Below, piece by piece: positions 12,270-24,200 of a DNA stretch of 64,000 bases. This DNA is from Isurus oxyrinchus (lineage: Eukaryota), in the NCBI GenBank assembly GCA_026770705.1, contig JANJGN010000188.1, forward strand, positions 496,001-560,000. The letters are read 5' to 3'. A program made the position numbers and the translations under genes. How positions within the stretch are numbered: position 1 is the first letter of the stretch; each line of letters starts with the position of its first letter. The notes under the pieces are model-generated. The model saw only the letters and a program-made list of their open reading frames with translations. It was not told the DNA's origin and made no database searches.

Positions 12270-12983
12270 TTTGTACCGAACAAGTAATACATGTAACAAG
12301 GTTCCATGCATAACACAGGTCTACAAATCACTACTATGGTAACTCCTAAAACCCTTAATTAATTTGGCTTCCACTTACAGCCCCGTTAAGGCATCAGTAA
12401 AAACCAGTATATTTAATCAGATCCCAGAAAGTCGACACAATACCCCGGGCAGAAGTATTCAAAGTGGCTTTCCCAACCGTCGGTCTGTGTAGACAGTAGG
12501 TTTGATGCACAAATATTGAAGGCTGTTTGCACTTCCAGCCGGTCATAGAATGCCTCACCCTAGCAAAATTCTCCTTTATAAATGTTTGTCCCTTTTAATG
12601 TAAGCCCCGTTGTTCCCATATGTCATTGGAACTTCACATTTCTCATAATATGAATCATTCCATGGTGCGAATATTATCAGGAACTAATGGGGAAAAAAAA
12701 AACAAGTCTACCTTCGGTGGCTATATGTAACAGGCTACGATCTCTTTGAAATTCAAGCTACCCTAACTGATTTAAAACTGCAAATTCTCCTCACGTCACA
12801 TTCTAAGAATTCAGCCACATTTTCACAATTTTCATTTCAAATCTGGCGTCTTTTGATGAGTCAAAGCCTCCAGACCAGCTGGCTCCTATTCAAGTTAATC
12901 TCATACACACACAGGAAAACTAATCAAACCGTATTATGAGCGACTTTTACAATAAATTATGAGAACTATTGTGCTTCCATGAC
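12270..12983 (-). mobile_element. Possible solo LTR
   Basis: Unique ~700 bp block that begins TGTCATGG on the minus strand, directly abutting an L2 3' tail at 12984. No second copy in the window. Confidence 0.3.
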
Positions 12984-13329
12984 ACCTGGAAATCTCTCCC
13001 TTAACCTCTCTCCTCCATTACCTCTCTCTTATTCTTTCAAATACTCGTTCAAATCTAACTATTTGAGCGGACAACTGCGCATTTCCCCAAATACCTCCTT
13101 GTGAAACGTGGTTTTAAATCTTGATATATAACGCTCCTTTCAAACGCCTTAGCAAGGGGAGGGGTGGGGGGCGAGGGTGCTATTTTGTGAAATGCAACAG
13201 ATACATTCAAGATTCTGCTGTGTTGTTCAGCTGAGTGGACTTCAACACTTAATTGTGTGGATCCGTTAAAAGTGATTTTTGATCTTTGTTCAGAGCTCGC
13301 AGTGTGGAAAATTGATGAAGGTCACTGCT

Positions 13330-13830
13330 GAATTTAGGATGACGAGAATTAGCTATAGCGGCAGATAGCACAGGCTATCCACGTTCATCATGCTGGACTT
13401 CCACCATCGATTTCCTAACGAATGATTGACACAGTTCCAGCATAACCTCCCTGCAAGTATGTTCTAAGCCTTGGCTTATAAACGAATGGATTCCACATGA
13501 CTTCTTAAACACCTTATCGTCCTGTCTTGTAACATTCAAGGATTTGTGGAGATTCACTCCAATGTCCTTCACTTCCTCTACACCTCCTAATATTCGATTA
13601 ATTAATTGTGTAATCCCTGCGACTTGTTTGAGCTGCATTACATCGCTCTCCTCCGCGTTCAATTCCATTTGGCATTTTTCTGTCCATCTAACCAGTCAAT
13701 TAACAACTTCCCGCTATCAAACCTCCTCACTATCAAACAAAGCCAACTTTCACATTGCTTGAAAAATCCCTGATGTTTCCCTTATATGGACGTCCAAATA
13801 ATTACGGTGTATCACGAAAAGCACGGCTGA
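13330..13830 (-). mobile_element. CR1 LINE RT C-terminal fragment
   Basis: ORF 13375-13668 reads ILGGVEEVKDIGVNLHKSL...FISQGLE..REVMLEL. Confidence 0.75.
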
Positions 13831-14969
13831 TCCTACATGGGTATTTTTTCCAGAAGAGAAATCTGATTGGTACAAATCCATCTCCCCAACACCATACAAG
13901 CTGATGTTTTCAGCATTCATGTCAGTGCTTGGGCGCTGTTTTAAATGTATGTTCACCATTCGCCAAACAGCCTGATAAACAACTCCTAGTGATGTTTGCA
14001 GCAAAACATTGAAGCTGATTTGAAAACTTTGCATTATAACTGTGCACCGTTGAATGGTGACACATAACTTCCTTGGCTTAGAAATCAATGCCACCCCTCT
14101 GTAATTCCAAACAATTTCGAACGCTTCGTTATGAAGGCAGCCAGAAGAGGGTAAAAGCGAGGCAAAACAAGAGTGAGCTCCCCCCACAAAGTTGTTCTGC
14201 GGCCTGTGAAGCAGCGCCTTCGTATGAATGTTAATCAGATGAATACATCAATCACAGCAGCAGTTGGCCTGTTTTTATCCCCTTTCCCAACTTGCTCTGA
14301 TCATCTCATGCAATCGATTGAGGGCCATGTGGAAATATATTTCAGGTCCCTGACATTGAAACTCCCCCGAATGATAGTACCAAATGTAAATTTCAACAGG
14401 CATTTGATAATTTCTCGTTGAAGCCCCCGTCGTGAGTTTGTCCCACTGTGAGCACCTTCCTTCTAATTCACCATGAAATCCATACGCTTCAATTCCAACA
14501 TCCTTGAGATATGATAACATTTCAACACTATTTTTACTTCAATTTTTGAAGTGCTTATACTTATTAAATTTAACATCCTTCCGAAGGTAATTGTGAATGT
14601 GCAACTTGCACTGGTCATGAGTGGCATGCCCACATCCCATGAAATAAATAGAAAATAGATTGCATAGATATCAGCCTATTGATGACGGGTGTTTTTGCAG
14701 CTTAAGGATTGTTTTTGACAGGTTATTTTGATTATTGAGAAGAAGGAGAACGTATCTGTTGTTGAACAGCTTTGTGAAGGTCACATCATTCAACAGCTCT
14801 GGGAAAACACATACAGTCACAGCTCGCTGGTAAGCTGATGTTTCAACTGGGCAAATACAAGAATTCCAGACTGCGTGCGATCAATGAGCAAGGAAGAGTG
14901 CTGAATTATCCACACAGTGCCAGGTCTATTTGAAAACCATATGATCATACTCGGACAATTGCGCCAGGT

Positions 14970-15043
14970 GGTTTGTTTGCTCAGATGGTTAGAGCGTTCC
15001 TCTAATGGCGCAAAGGTCACTGGCTTGAACCTCCTACTGAACA
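14970..15043 (+). pseudogene. tRNA-Ile(AAT) pseudogene
   Basis: 74 nt colinear with vertebrate tRNA-Ile-AAT (GCTCAGATGGTTAGAGCGT..CTAAT..AAGGTC). Stems and T-loop are mutated. Confidence 0.8.
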
Positions 15044-15624
15044 TTTTATTCCCCTTAGAACTAATTATGGCCCATACTGCATTCAGTTGGAATTGCTGTC
15101 GGGAGAGGGTTCTGAAAGGTTCTTCTGCAGCTTCACGGGATGTGTTTTATTTTTCCTTCCTTGCTAATTGGCATCTGGAAAATTTCTGCCTCTAGTTTTA
15201 ACGAATTCGTCCTCCTTTTACACTTCTGTGCAACAAATCTGTGGGATTTATGACAATGAAGCTTTGCTACTGTACAACGGAGCACTTGCTAACGCCTCTT
15301 TGTTCAGCAGGTCTGAGACAAACATTTCCTCGCAGCTCCCTGGTAATCTGAAGATTTGTCTCGCCAAACACCAGAATTCCAACCTGCACATGATCAATCA
15401 GGCAAGGAGAAATGTTGAATTCTCCACGCACTGCTATAGTGAATTTGAAAAGCATTTGATCAAACTAAGGAACGTGCAGCCTGGCAACCAGTTAGCTCCT
15501 AGGTAAAGGCAAAATACTGCGGATGCTGGGAATCTGAAACAAAAACAAAAATTGCTGGAAAAACCTCTGCAGATTCATACAGACTCGAATCGTTAATGCT
15601 GAGGTTCCAGCATTTTCTGTTTTT

Positions 15625-15700
15625 GACTGTTTAGCTTGGATTGGTAAAGAGTAATTCTAATATCATTAAAGATCGGGGGTTCAATCCAAGACATGGGAGA
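15625..15700 (+). pseudogene. Strongly decayed tRNA-Ile(AAT) remnant
   Basis: TTAGCT..TTGGT..CTAATA..TCG.GGGTTCAATCC, followed by the same 3' flank as the 14970 and 32293 copies. Confidence 0.55.
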
Positions 15701-16597
15701 TGTACGTCATGTATGTCCCTCGTTCAGTTGTAGTCCTTCTGCTATTACGATGTTAGAGGTTCAGTTTTAATTCCAATACTGTCACATCGGAAGTGAATTT
15801 TGAATCGGACTGTATTCTCCAGTGGCATCGCAGATTGTGTTTTTTCCTTTTCTTCCATACTTCTTGCCTCTGGAATATTACTGCCTCTTGTTCTGACAAA
15901 TCCGTCCTTCTTTTAACACTTCTGTGCCACAAATCTGTCAGAATCATGGATCAAATATTTTCTCCTGTACAGAGAAGCACTTGCAAAAGAGCAGAGATAT
16001 CACTGTATACTCTAATTGTGAAAAGTGCTTCCTGACTTTTCCCTTGGTTGGATTCTATCGCTGTGGATTAGTGGGAAAAATGTATCAGGATTCAACCGCT
16101 TTCTTACCGGCGGGAGAAGCAGTTTCTCGGTGTTTAACCTCACAATTCACTTTAGCAGGATAAGCTAGATCAGGACAACCTTCATCCTTTTACAATCAAG
16201 GGAATATAAAAGTTTAGAAGCCCTGACAAGGCGGGAAAATGTGCAGGAATCAGGGAAAACGCGAAGGATTGGCACTGGGTGAATATCTCTTTCCGAAAGC
16301 CAGCAGAATCGGGATGGGCCAAATGGCCTTCTCCTGTCATGTGCCCATTCTATGATGGTGTTGTATCGATCAGTATGTAGGAGATGAGTTTGAGGTCACT
16401 ATGGGATTCTTTCAACTGAGAATGTGGCACGAACCCAGGGTAAGGTTGCAATGAGGTTCGAAATGCATCAGCAGCTTTCACTATTATTCGTCCTTGAAAG
16501 TGAGCTTCGCTGGTAAGGTGTTCATTTATTTGTGGAGCCCTCTTCTCCAGCTAGTTGGTTACTTGCCCACCACCATTCACTAATGTATAGACGATGT

Positions 16598-16948
16598 GAC
16601 ATAGAAGCAGAAATTAGGCCATTCGGCCCATCGAGTCTACTCCGCCATTCAATCATGGCTGATAAGTTTCTCAACCATATTTGCCCATCTTCAACCCATA
16701 ACCGTTGATCCGCTTACCAATCAAGAACCTACCTCAGTCTTAAATACACTCAATGACCTGGCCTCCACAGCCTTCTGTGGCAATTAATTCCATAGATTCA
16801 CCACTCTCTGGCTAAAGAAGTTTCTCCTCATCTCTGTTCTAAACGGTCTTCCCTCTACTCTGAGGCTGTGCCCTCGGTTCCAAGTCTCTCCTACTAATGG
16901 AAACATCTTGCCCACGTCCGCTCTATCCAGGCCTTTCAGTATTCTGTA
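16598..16948 (-). mobile_element. Relatively young CR1 LINE 3' end
   Basis: Near reverse-complement match to 38700-39080. Confidence 0.85.
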
Positions 16949-17059
16949 GCGTGTATGTGGAAGCTCTGTACAGCTTAGATCTGATCATTTGGTTGTGGGA
17001 TCACGTCAAAAGCGATTGTGAGGACAGCGGGCAAACGTTTACACAGCACAAAAAACAAG

Positions 17060-17545
17060 AAGTATTATATTGGGAATGAGATAAACAAAATTTATTGAAG
17101 GCTGTAATTGCGACTTAACTAGGGCATCCCGTCTGGTCCTGGGCGCTGCTCTTTAGGAAGGATGGGAAGATTTGAAGTATGTTGGAAAGAGGGCAGAAAA
17201 GATTCACGAGAATGGTTCCTGGAATGAGGAACTTTGGTTATGATGTTAGATTGGGGAAGTTAGGACGGTTTTCCTGGGAGAAAAGAAGGCTGAGAGGAGA
17301 TTTGATAGAGAGATTAAAAATCACGAGAGGTCTGGTCAGAGCCGACAGGGAGAAAGTGTTCCCGTTCGTGAAACTGTCAAGATTGAAAGAATAGAGATTT
17401 TAAATAGTTGGTTAAAAAAAGCAAAAGTGACCAGAGGAAAATCTTTACTTTTTTTGCAAAAAATGATTAAGGTCTGGAATGCACTCCCTGATAGTGTGCT
17501 GGAGGCAGTTTCAAGCAAAGCATTATAAAGGGGATTAGATAGCGA
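17060..17545 (+). mobile_element. CR1 LINE 3' ORF2 fragment
   Basis: LERGQKRFTRMVPGMRNFGYDVRLGKLG.FSWEKRRLRGDLIE. Related copies at 20500-20920 (-), 32700-33145 (-) and 45750-46330 (+). Confidence 0.85.
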
Positions 17546-18504
17546 AGTGGCTTCAATTCCTTGTCTGTGACCCTGGGTCCTAGGTTCCAAGTCAGTGTAA
17601 ATAGTTTAAGGCTTACAATACCTGTTCAAAGTTACAAAAAATATGTATCTAATCCCTCATGAAATCATGAGTAAGGGCGTCAGTAAACGGACAGTCAGTG
17701 GATAAAACGTAGTGACTGAGCTGTAGTATAGTGTCGGGTATCGAAGGGGGCAAGGGCGGAGTTCAAGAGGCAAACAGTTCCAGAGGAAGAAAACTGAAAG
17801 GTTGGTGAGGAGGAATAGGGCAGAATGTGAATGGCGTTCACCATCTTTCAAGTTTTACTCAATGAAGGATCGAAAGGGAAAGTCATCTCTGTGCCAAGGA
17901 GCTGCTGATCAGTGCAGTGGCCAGAAAATAGAACTGGAAGTAGCACAGTCATGGTGTTTACTGAGGCAAAGGTAACGGGTTAAGTAGCGAAACAAAAGGT
18001 GGGGGATGAATGACAGGATCCTGTCAGAAAGCAAATTAAATGAAGGGAAAAAAATAAATTTAAAAAACGAACAAAATGGCGACAAAGATTGCAATGCATG
18101 TTAATCTGTCATTTTACGGTCAGTGTTTACAAGATCAACGTTAATGAATTCTGCGTCGATACTCATTACCAGAAGGAGCATAGCCAGTTTCTTTTGCTTT
18201 TAAAGTATCTTTTTTTCTGCAAACTATCTCGGATTCAAACCACTGATTTCACAGAAATTCTGATTCGGCCCAGTTGAGGTGAAAGAGCCAGTTTATGCGT
18301 TAACATGCATACGGAAATGTCGCCTGATTGTGTGGATGAAGGAGCCTCCCTGTCATGGTGCTCTCATATCCCGGGATCTCTGAAAAGAGCTCCTGTTCCT
18401 GACTCTGACTGCGGCTGTCACACGATCTTTATCTGCCTCTGTCTCCCACATATCAACCAATTTCAAATCTATTTCCAATGATTTCTTTGTTTAAACTGTA
18501 GCTA

Positions 18505-18583
18505 CTCCCCGTTGAGGAGATGAACCCCAATCTCACGTATGACAAGCGAGACCACTACGCTACAATGACTACACTGACGGAGA
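18505..18583 (-). pseudogene. Strongly decayed tRNA-Asp(GTC) remnant
   Basis: CTCCCCG..G.GGA..TGAACCCC..TCTC.CG..TGACA on the + strand, at the position homologous to the 26022 and 48814 copies. Confidence 0.6.
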
Positions 18584-21119
18584 ATTCGTAAATCTATTCG
18601 GACAGCGGTGCGGCTTACAGGCTTAGATCTTCCATGCATCTGACCTGCGTATACAAACTCGTTTACAGCGCAGCACAAGCAATGATCATTGAACTGTTAC
18701 AGTGGAAATTCTGTCTAACTGACCTAAAGGAGAATGATTACCGTCTTGTGTAAAACAATCTATAATATATAAAGACACAAAATGCCGTTGTGAACATGTC
18801 TGTGAGACAGAGATGGGGAGATAATGATAGAGAGGAGGAGAGCAAGAGTGAAAGAGAGAGACCCAGAAAATTGAAGGATTGAGAAAAAAGTCGCCTTTGG
18901 GAATCTTTTTAGTTGAATTTCTCCCGCGTGTGTTTTCGGAACAAAATCTCACTGAAATGGATCAAATTCATCTCCGAGCTTGGAGTTTCTGATTTGAGTG
19001 GTTTAAAAGTAACAATAATAAAAACAGAAAATGCTCAACAGGTCTGACAGCGTCTGTGGAGAAAGGAAGTGAGTTAACGTTTCAAATCGGCATGATTTCC
19101 TCAAATTGAGGAAGGTGGGAATTGAACAAAAATCAATTGCGTGGAAGACAGATACATTCCTCACGACACCACCAACGCTGATCAGAGAAAAATGTCAAGG
19201 CATTTAGCAAGGGCGTTAGCATTAAAAAAATAATACGGAATGTTGCTATACAGCCATTCACAATCTCATCTGGACACATTTTTTTTTTACGAGGACCATT
19301 AGAATTCTCTTCAGCTTTTGCACCATTAAAGGTTTTCCCTCCTCCATTCCAGCACAGCCCAACCAAACACCCTCACACACCTATTTTTGTTAATCCTGCG
19401 CCCTCCCGCTCTCCAATGGTATAGAACCAGTTATCTTTCTCCCTTTTGTTTTATTCTGATGAAAAGTCATTGAACTGAACAATTAACTCTGTCTTCACTG
19501 ATGCTCCATGACCTGCTGAGCATTTTGGGATTTTTTTTGGGAGGAGGGGGGTTTGTTTTTCACTTTTCCAGTATCAACACTATTTTCCTTTTCAATTTGA
19601 AAGATTTGCAAAAAAGGTGCGAACGGTATTTACATTCCTCGCTCTTGCTCCTTGCCAATGTGCCGATTTTCTTCCTCCACAAATCTGTTTATCTCTTGAA
19701 CTGCCTCCTAACGCTCTTCAATTCCTGAAACTAAACCACAGCTCAGTCCCGATGCTGAAGCCACTGACTGCCGCTGGAATGACTTCTCTCTTCCTGATTT
19801 GTGCAATGATTTGACACGTACATTCGATATGTTAAGGGAAAAAGATCAGTCAATCGCTGAGCCTATTCCTATTAGCTGGTTAGAGCGCTGTCAAAATGTT
19901 AAAACCAGAGATTTCAGCATGGAAATTAGGAAGTAATTCTACACATAAAATGTGCTAGAACTCCAGGGCTCCCTTCTGTACATGGAATCTATTGATTGAT
20001 CGATTGTTGTATTTTCAGTCTGAGACTTATCGAGTTTTGTTAAAAAGGGATATTAAGGAATATGAGGCAAAGGCGATCAGATGAAATTAGTCACCAATTA
20101 TATGCAACAGCATTCAACATATTCTAGGGACTAAATATCCTCATCAACAGCAAACTTCCAGGGAAACAACTCACCTCAGCCTTCTGGAAACAAAATTGAG
20201 TTCAACAAATTTAGATCACAACACTGCCCCATGTCAATTATTGTGCCAATTTTTTTTCTGGTTTGGTTTTATCACAGTTCTATCTTTTTCTTTTATGCTA
20301 CATTTAGACGGATGATAGGCTGCCATTCACAACCTCATCTGGACACATTTTCTAATTATTTGCTATCCACACGGAAATACATAAATGTTACAGCGCAGCA
20401 GAAGTACATTCAGCCCATCCTATCTGCACCATCTCTCCAAATGAGACAGCCCCTGTCTTCTCCCCTATCCTTGCACATTCCTCCTTTTGAGATAACAGGC
20501 TAAGTAAATATTTAATGTTTCAATTGAACCTGCCTCCACCAATCCCAGACAATGCATCGCAGACCTGAACCACATTCATCAAGAAGCATTTTTTTTCCCC
20601 TCATGTCACTTCATATCCTTTTAACAACTTGTTTCAACTTGTGTCGTCTCGATGTCGATCATTTCATGGGTGGAAACACTTGCTCTCTATGTACACTAGC
20701 CAAACCCCTCATGGATTTTAATACCTCTATCAAATCTGATCTCAATCTCCTCTCCTCCAAGAAAAAAAAACTTCTCCAATCTATCGTCATAAATGAAGTT
20801 TCTGATTTTGTGAATATTCTCTGCCCTGTTTCCAAAATCCTTCACATCGTCAAATTCTTCCTCAAGTGCAGCGCCCAGATCCAGATGGGATACACGAGCT
20901 GAGGCTGAACTCGTGCCTCATCCAAATCCCATTTATCTCATACCCATTACAACACTCTATGTGCCATGAAAAATGTTCTCTCCTGTCTTCGCAGGCAATA
21001 CCTTTCAAAGCGACCCCACAACCAATGGATCAGATCTAAGCTCTGCAGTCCTGCCACATCGAGTCATGAATGGTGTTGGACAATTAAACAACTAAGTGGA
21101 AGAGGAAGCTGCGTGATAA

Positions 21120-22260
21120 AATGAAGGCCTGTTCACACAGCATTCTAAATGCTTCCTCACTACTTGCACATGCCTTGCTTGGTTTGGGTGCATCAACATT
21201 TGGCGTTGTACTTGAAACCTTTAAGCTTCATTGAACTACGAAGATCACTTCACACTTATGCCCATCCTTAAGTAGCTCATTGATGCTAATTGTTTTCGTC
21301 TTGTCTATCAGTTCTTGCAGGAATGTTTATTTGAAATTAACAACTGAACCATTCTGCCGGTTATTCCTGTACCTGAAAAATCGTAGGTTGGACCACATTC
21401 TCTGCATCTGCTGATGAATTTGTCCATGGGTTCTCTCGGCTATTATGGAAATGAAGACTTGTTGATGATTATTACTGAAGTTTATCGTGATTCTGAACCG
21501 GTCTTCCAACTTAATCCATATCTTTGCGGCTCCTTTAGCTCTTCTGCTGTTAATCCTGACATTTTCAGCCTGCATGAACCTTTATTCACAATTGCTAGGC
21601 CAATTTGTATGGCTTACTTGTCTGGCACAGGCACACCTGAGTCAAGAAACCATAGTTCTGTTTCAATTTTTTTGAATTCGGGTGCTAGGACAGCTGCATC
21701 CAAATTCAATATGTGGAATTTTATGGCCATTTTGTCAAAGTCCCTTTGACCTTCCTTCTTCTGTAGTACCTGGAATGACTGTCACTGTGGCTGTCTTTGC
21801 TGACTTTTCCCAAGTTGTGCCAATATAATCACAGCCTTCTCCGGCCTGATTTTTATGCAGTTTATTTTATTTATTTTTTCATTTAATTGACTATCCCTCT
21901 TTCATAATCATTCTGGCCCACATTCTGGTAACTCGACTTTCCTGACTAAGCTAAATTGGTGCTGGTCCTCTTGAAACTCTCTCCCACTCCTAAGTGAACT
22001 GACATGCTATGCACTGTAATATAACCATGAGGGTTCCACCTGCTCCCCTGCTCTTTACTTTAATACTACCTGGCACTGTCTCACCAGCTTTCCTGGACAG
22101 TCAGCACGCTGCCTTCTCAATGCTCTCCGATCTGCGGCTTTCTAGCGGTCTGATCAAAGCATCAAGCCATTTAACACAACCTGATGCTGTTCACCAATCG
22201 TATCTCTGGTTAATGCTACCGCCAGGCTGTCTAACCACCGCTAAACACCATTTTCTGTTG
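21120..22260 (-). mobile_element. Gypsy 5' internal fragment (PBS, leader, gag)
   Basis: PBS-like TGGTGTTTAGCGGTGG at 22250. Gag-like KIWIKLEDRFRITINF and QELIDKTKTISINELLKDGHK. Duplicate at 33340-34420. Confidence 0.75.
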
Positions 22261-22343
22261 TCATAGTATGGAGGCACCAAACACTATTCAGATGTTGTGT
22301 AAATGCTTTGAGATATCTTGCCCCGTTCAGGAAGCCATCATCA

Positions 22344-22415
22344 AAGACGGTGGGAAAGTGATGAGCATAGCTGCCTTCCAATCAGTTGACATTGGTTCGG
22401 TTTCCATCCGTTATA
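22344..22415 (+). pseudogene. tRNA-Gly(TCC) pseudogene
   Basis: GGTGG...AGTGATGAGCATAGCTGCCTTCCAA.CAGTTGAC..GGTTCG matches tRNA-Gly-TCC. The acceptor stem is broken. Confidence 0.8.
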
Positions 22416-23505
22416 GCTTGCTTATATCATGCTTCTGAGCTCAGGATTCTCAAACAAAGAGTTGGTTTTGATCTTCTCCGATGAGATTTTGCTCCGAAAA
22501 TACACGCGGGTGTCATTCAAGCAAAGCAATTTCCAAGCTCCACTTACATGAGGGAGATCCCATTGAGGGATTTGAAAGTGAGGATGAAGATTTAGTAACT
22601 GAGGTATTGCCTGTTCAGGAGCTAGCTTGCTAGTCAGCAAACAGGGGAGTGCTGGTGCGATTTCATCTATTTAGATTAGGGACATGGAAATATTTATCCA
22701 GGGACAGAAGGCTTGAAAGCATCCCAGCTGTGCCTTGTTCTGCTCACAGGCAAGAGTGAAACTAAGTCAGGATTGCACGGCCCATTTCCCTTCTAGTGAG
22801 TCATGCTGCTGTCCCTCAAAGGCAAATTACAAAACCCATTTTCTTTTTACCTTAGAATAAGTAGGATTTCAGTCTGATTTTTCAGGATATGATTTACATT
22901 ACTTCAGATAAAACATAAATACACACGGAGCTGAGCACAGCATTTAAAGTTTCAGAGCAAATATTGAGATGGGAAAGAGATGAAATACTGAATGGATTAA
23001 TTTAAAAAAAAGAAGAAATGCTGAAAACATCGGCAGTTCTGACAGTTTCGGTTAGCGGGACTATTACTTAAACCTTCTATGGACCAGAAATATGAATCTA
23101 CCCTTCCTCTGTGGGATCTGATTGCAGCAACTTGTATTCTTATTTTAGATTCAGAGCATGAGCAGTATGTCTCTTTCTGAACAATGAAACAATCTGTGCT
23201 GGAATCGATATTCAAAAAAAGAATTGGGAAGCAGCAGAGGGAAACATTTTTAGAGAATCAGTAAATATTCCTGAATCCAAGTAGTTCTATCCCGGCTCCA
23301 CGCTTATATTCCGGGGAAACCTTCATTTTCAGCAATGAGGAACACGGCTGAATGACATTCTAAATGGAAGACAAGTGGAGATTGTAAATCTTTTTATCTG
23401 AATTGCATCTGCGTGTATTTTCCGTGCAAGATCTCACCGAAACTGATCAAATAAAGCTCCGAGTGTGGGGTTTCGATTTGAACGGTTTTAAAAAAATCAG
23501 CAAAC

Positions 23506-23578
23506 TGCGATGTCTGGGAACTGAATGAGACTCAGCTGCTTGGAAAAGCAAGGCCGCTCACCACGATACCACCATCGC
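23506..23578 (-). pseudogene. tRNA-Gly(TCC) pseudogene
   Basis: The minus strand reads GCGATGGTGGTATCGTGGTGAGC...TTCCAAGCAGCTGA...TTCCCAGACATCGCA. Confidence 0.8.
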
Positions 23579-23639
23579 TGAATTCGATACTTTCACAACA
23601 GCAAACTCTCCCAATGCGCTTGAGAAGAATGTAATCATT

Positions 23640-24200
23640 AAAAATATAGCTGACGCTCAGCCACGAAAGGAGAAAATTGGTGAGATGACAAAAGCGGTAG
23701 ATTTTGAGCAGATTTCTAAAGATGAGAAAGAGCTAGAGAAGTGGAGGGGTTTAGGGAGGGTGTCCCGAATTTTAGACTAGGACAGCTGAATGCAGGGTTG
23801 TCAATGACGTAGAGATTAAAACCCGGAACTTACAAGATAACACAAGAGCAGGAACCTGGAAGTTTTTTTGGGCTAGAGGAGGTTAAGGAGAAATTAAGGG
23901 GTGAAGTCAGGGAGAGATTTTAAAGTAAGAATGTGGGTTTTAACATTGAGACTTTGCCGGGGAAGGAGCCAGTGTCGGTCAACAAAGACGGGGGTGATTG
24001 GTGAACTGGACTTGATTCAGGTGAAGTTCCTGACAGCAGAATTTTGGATGAGCACAGGTATGTGTGGGGTGGAAGATGGGAGGCCAGAGGAACACTGGAA
24101 TAGTCAAGCCTAGAGTTAACAAAGGAATGAATGAGGGTTCCAGCAGCAGATGAGCTGAGGCAGGGTCGGGGTTGGCCAATGTTTAGTATGTGCAAGTACA
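23640..24200 (-). mobile_element. L2-type LINE 3' fragment
   Basis: TLIHSFVNSRLDYSS motif. Homologous copies at 35810-36370 and 59480-59910. Confidence 0.8.

Noticed and set aside
19858-19900. Additional tRNA-Ile 5' half (AGCTGGTTAGAGCG)
   Set aside because: Only ~14 nt match, with no T-arm.
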